The position numbers and the translations under genes are program-made. A stretch of 51,926 nt of DNA from a virus: the IMG/VR virus record IMGVR_UViG_3300031949_000054, positions 1-51,926 of that record. The stretch is one strand, 5' to 3'. Below are positions 50,501 through 51,926 of the stretch, in pieces. How positions within the stretch are numbered: the first letter of the stretch is position 1; every line of letters starts with the position of its first letter. The notes beneath the pieces were generated by a model. It saw only the letters and a program-made list of their open reading frames with translations. It had not been told where the DNA came from and ran no database searches.

Positions 50501-51355
50501 TAGAAGGTTCTCCAGCACCTTGGGGTCTTTCGTCGCGTGGTCGTAGACCACCACCGGGTCGATGCCGGTTTCCTCGTACACGGCGCGCAGCTTCGCCTCG
50601 AGCGGGGCAACGGCCTCGGACTCTCCCTTGGCGAGCGCCGCGGCGGCGTCCTTCATGGTCTGCTCGGTCGGGGCCTTGCCGGCCATCCTGCGGCCCAGGG
50701 ATGCGACGAGCGGGGGCGGGAGCATGGCGATCGCCGACTCGGTCAAGGCGCCCGCGCCGGCGGCGAACTCCTCGGAGGTCATCCATTCCAGGATCGAGCC
50801 CTCGGTGAGCTTGCGCGCGGCGGTCATGGCCGGGCCGGGCTGGTTGTAGGCGTCGGTCACCTTGTGCCCTGCCGCTTCGGCCGCCTCGGTGAGAAGCGTG
50901 AAGGGGAGCATCAGCGACTGCGCGGTGCGCTCGCCCGCCGCGGTCATGGGTTTGTAGGTGACGAGCTCGGCGAACTTGCCGGCGATCTCCTTGGGGTCGT
51001 CATCGGAGAGCCCGGTCCCGCGCGCGATGAGGGAGCCTACGCCGGCGCCGAGGTACATCGGGAACCCAATCAGGAGCCCGGAGGCGGCGTGCAGGGCGGC
51101 CTCGACGGGGCCGTAGATCGTGGCGAGGTCGACCACGCCTTGTTCGGCGCGGCCGAGGGACTTCGAGACCGCGCGCGCGAGGGCGGAGTTCGCCTTGAAG
51201 GTGTCCGGGGGCCGCTCGCCGAACCAGGTGGTGATCTCCTGGTCGGTGAAGCCGGCCTCGGTGAGGGTCGCTCGCTGGTCGCTCGCCCATTGCCCGATCT
51301 CGGCGTCCTCGAACCCGGCTTCGCGCAGTTGGGTGGCTTCTTCCATGCCGCTCAT
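44588..51355 (-). CDS. Giant (2,255 aa) polyvalent internal virion/ejection protein with a zincin-like HExxH motif (T7 gp16 position)
   Basis: Single uninterrupted ORF. HETGH lies at aa 1235-1239 (47639-47653). Pro-rich linker ERPAGPPPAPPAAAPPRPPQSPPPSDP. EAGF(E/T)xxEI motifs occur at both termini. Confidence 0.8.
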   Translation of the reverse strand: MSGMEEATQLREAGFEDAEIGQWASDQRATLTEAGFTDQEITTWFGERPPDTFKANSALARAVSKSLGRAEQGVVDLATIYGPVEAALHAASGLLIGFPMYLGAGVGSLIARGTGLSDDDPKEIAGKFAELVTYKPMTAAGERTAQSLMLPFTLLTEAAEAAGHKVTDAYNQPGPAMTAARKLTEGSILEWMTSEEFAAGAGALTESAIAMLPPPLVASLGRRMAGKAPTEQTMKDAAAALAKGESEAVAPLEAKLRAVYEETGIDPVVVYDHATKDPKVLENLLADNRDPAQVFAQPGKVTDTTARMALREELQALEADRTSATEDAPKLAEVEKRIEEIRAALGSRQVSDTLPAERPGEQVEMPPKGWGFPAAETLLAAAQARMGPRPGHFGSETLTPEQHAEMATRQTKLHAQILAKDEQIKVYQEELQAKGVEHPDVLPIMQIMAANELGWAQIGGRHLGGPMGTPNFSTWIPRAEWWRERPDKKMNEHATRAAVQKAISGEKLKPIEQRAVDHMLQIAQTRAAELKRLGEKEWNEAAGVAREQGLEPTTQNVVEVDLVARAAALDEAAVERAALQFENDEAGFLSAIKGIVDERTSATTAEGRQGAPRPQERPGAATSAGEPASSRERPGAPAGEPTGPIAGLTDLPRGEQPAAIGRAIEERLRATGVDEAEARANGAVWEAFFASAGERYNLDPAALLERYMVSIEAGELPSPATPGILRQEGVAGPLWYSELARQLEASPMKSGAAKAWKDYIKGLGTKGVKAEEIKWSGIEEWLDVQEGKVTKEQVAAFLEQGGVKVEEVVRGIGDVVRDEAGNAVYDGEHVRMTMPEPKFGQYQLPGGQEYRELLLTLPERESIQDQAARVERGEITAEQFEAMRSDPVFLSTHFEEPNIIAHIRFNERTYTEGRKVLFVEEWQSDWSATGRDPRKGFSGLDARETVRFAELDKLTFDEMTNAQHLEYDHLRRRKETGGVPRAPFVEKTEAWLALSMKRMIRYAADEGYERIAWTTGEQQVTRYRDALRKEVDLIEWTKTPEGVQLVGYKGGKSLSPVEERRLATLERDERLREESLSEVEREELKRLFDKSSQRNKVVDTTQKETELSDAIGKAMADQIRNDPAQSGVIEGENIRIDDTGMAAFYDRIVPNVANDVLKKLGGEKVGKVEIDIRGQDETSATQPGFDISPALKEKALKGMPLFQEGEGAPRGQIEFGERGTIISLLENADRSTFLHETGHFFLQVTRDLATGEAAPALARQDWKVLSDWLALEEGAEIPRAAHEKFAQGFEQYLAEGKAPSPALRSIFEQFRDWLLEIYTIVKDAGLSDDVRGVLDRMLSSQAERPAGPPPAPPAAAPPRPPQSPPPSDPQKAVLERISMDPAIPRRYTWEEFYADVKDDLWPIKNLVDELRQGTALGTAEDPYRLARLTRGAFGRATQFLEYSPFEFKTLKNVGKPLKDVLDPVKDDLDGLRAYAVSRRSIELAERKIVTGVPLEEARTVVEQGQKYEAVLRDLQEFQDHVLAYMKDSGIFNDAQIAAMREANKDYVPFYRLMEDAEGQGGAGPGLSVRSPIKRIKGSERKIIDPLESIVKNTYLYTALADRNAVGQALVTLAERSGRGEELVQKVKQPVRPIEIQDEEMSRFLEAHGIEAPEDTLTVFRRNSLVPEHDQIVVFTDGKRAVYQVPEEVATAFKATDRETAGMLTQILAIPARMLRAGATLSPDFISRNPVRDQFSAYVLSKSGYVPVLDLARGAVSIAKHDAEFQAWLKSGGANSAMLALDRDYVQTALAKHTGQLTFYDKTWNIVKNPLEPLRIASELMENATRVGEFKKALEGMTKEEILAAGYESREVTLDFARLGAKTRSLNMITAFWNAQLEGMDRVVRAIHDRPLQTTVAIATSITLPSVLLWWANHDDPRWKEIPNWQRDLFWIVLTEDHIYRIPKPFELGVIFGSSVERILDAFYDDKPDSFKDFSSTMVNTMGLNFMPTVAAPVVGQIVNWNFFTDRPLVSSSMEKLLPEYQYSSYTTQATRALGHIIGAIPGMHDKSAASPMIIDNYIRAWTGTLGVYALQTADIALRKTGVLPDPIRPASTLADLPVLRGFMVRYPSGQAQSIQDFYDSYDKATKVLDTIRHLARQGDAEAALREASIDPDKMVRLKGIHEGLGTAQRTIQLVDRNPNFPAGEKRQLIDTVYYQMIAMAGAGNATLREMKVALDKASKDRTALDKQFREAGFTEAEIKAYRQKTTPNQALEIVK

Positions 51356-51926
51356 GGCAGGCCCCGCCTTTTGCGATATTCCTCGATCGTTTCACCGGGT
51401 CGGCGCGCGGCGTCCTTTGCTGCGGGGGCCGCAGGTGTAGTTGTGGCCGGCGCTCCGGGTATGGCGGGCGCCGGTGGGCGTGTAGCGGACTGCTGGCGCA
51501 AGGACTCGGCCATGCCGCGGATCTGCTCATCCAAGGAGCGCTTGAAGGCTGGCACCTTCTTCCCGAGGTAGTCGGGGTGCTTATAGTTGTATAGATCGTA
51601 GGCGTCCTTCCCTGGTGTCGATGTATAGATGCGTTCCTGCTCCTGGGCATACTGCCAGAATCGGAAATTGTCCTCTCCGCCCTTCTCATCGACCGTGAGG
51701 AAGGTGCTCTTGTCGAACTGCGGCTTCATGGCGTTGTAGAAGCGCGTGCGGACGTCCGACAGGCGCTGCCCTTCAGGGGTCTCGCGCCTGTCCAGTTCAT
51801 TCTTCAGCCAGTCGTAACCGGTGGATCCAATGGCGGGAAAGTATGGGACGAGTTGGCCAACGGTCCTGATCTTGCGCGGGTCGTCATCCGGGAGATGAAC
51901 CCTGGCGAAAAGGTCGGCCACCACCA
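51352..51926 (-). CDS. 3' part of the wrap-around CDS whose start is at 1415 (51800-51926 duplicates 1-127)
   Basis: Track ORF 51352..51924 is in frame with the minus-strand ORF that leaves the window at base 1. Its stop overlaps the start of the giant gene (ATGA). Confidence 0.75.
   Translation of the reverse strand, partial: VVADLFARVHLPDDDPRKIRTVGQLVPYFPAIGSTGYDWLKNELDRRETPEGQRLSDVRTRFYNAMKPQFDKSTFLTVDEKGGEDNFRFWQYAQEQERIYTSTPGKDAYDLYNYKHPDYLGKKVPAFKRSLDEQIRGMAESLRQQSATRPPAPAIPGAPATTTPAAPAAKDAARRPGETIEEYRKRRGLP
51800..51926. repeat. Terminal direct repeat, copy 2 (identical to 1..127)
   Basis: Read directly. Confidence 0.95.

Overview
The window is a complete, circularly closed phage genome. 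Bases 1-127 are identical to 51800-51926, so the unique length is 51,799 bp. It is high-GC and belongs to a tailed dsDNA phage. The minus-strand structural genes follow podovirus/T7-like order: TerS, TerL, portal, scaffold, capsid, tail tubular A/B, internal virion proteins (one is a 2,255-aa polyvalent protein), tail fibre and a lysis cassette. I could not recognise an RNA polymerase, DNA polymerase, primase/helicase, integrase or CI-type repressor. A divergent promoter region at about 29.6 kb separates two blocks. The leftward block holds a Cro-like regulator, a zinc-finger protein, a replication-initiator-like protein and RuvC. The rightward early block (29.7-37.3 kb) holds a Sak4-like ATPase, a J-domain protein, Gp37/Gp68, HNH and ASCH genes. 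Genes are packed tightly, with many ATGA/GTGA/TGATG stop-start overlaps. Most plus-strand ORFs in the track that lie opposite the long minus-strand genes are Arg/Gly/Pro-rich antisense artefacts. Main observations: (1) An 18.5-25.8 kb cluster encodes late and tailoring steps of a pseudaminic-type nonulosonic acid: PseI/NeuB-like synthase, PseH-like GNAT, PseF-like cytidylyltransferase, PseA/WbuX-like amidotransferase, a HisF/WbuZ-like cyclase without HisH, and a Pse-associated-type methylase. It is interrupted by a GIY-YIG homing endonuclease and is accompanied by two paralogous putative sialyltransferase-like proteins. (2) A 1,158-bp cassette with 26-bp terminal inverted repeats and an 8-bp target-site duplication carries only an SPPY DNA methyltransferase and splits a J-domain gene in frame. 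(3) A perfectly in-frame array of 26 nine-bp units has only two binary variable positions per unit. (4) An iteron-like cluster lies inside the initiator-like gene. (5) Low-GC islands occur in the receptor-binding region, inside the giant virion gene, and in a two-gene insert. All functional calls rest on motif recognition by eye and on gene order, and need profile searches to confirm.
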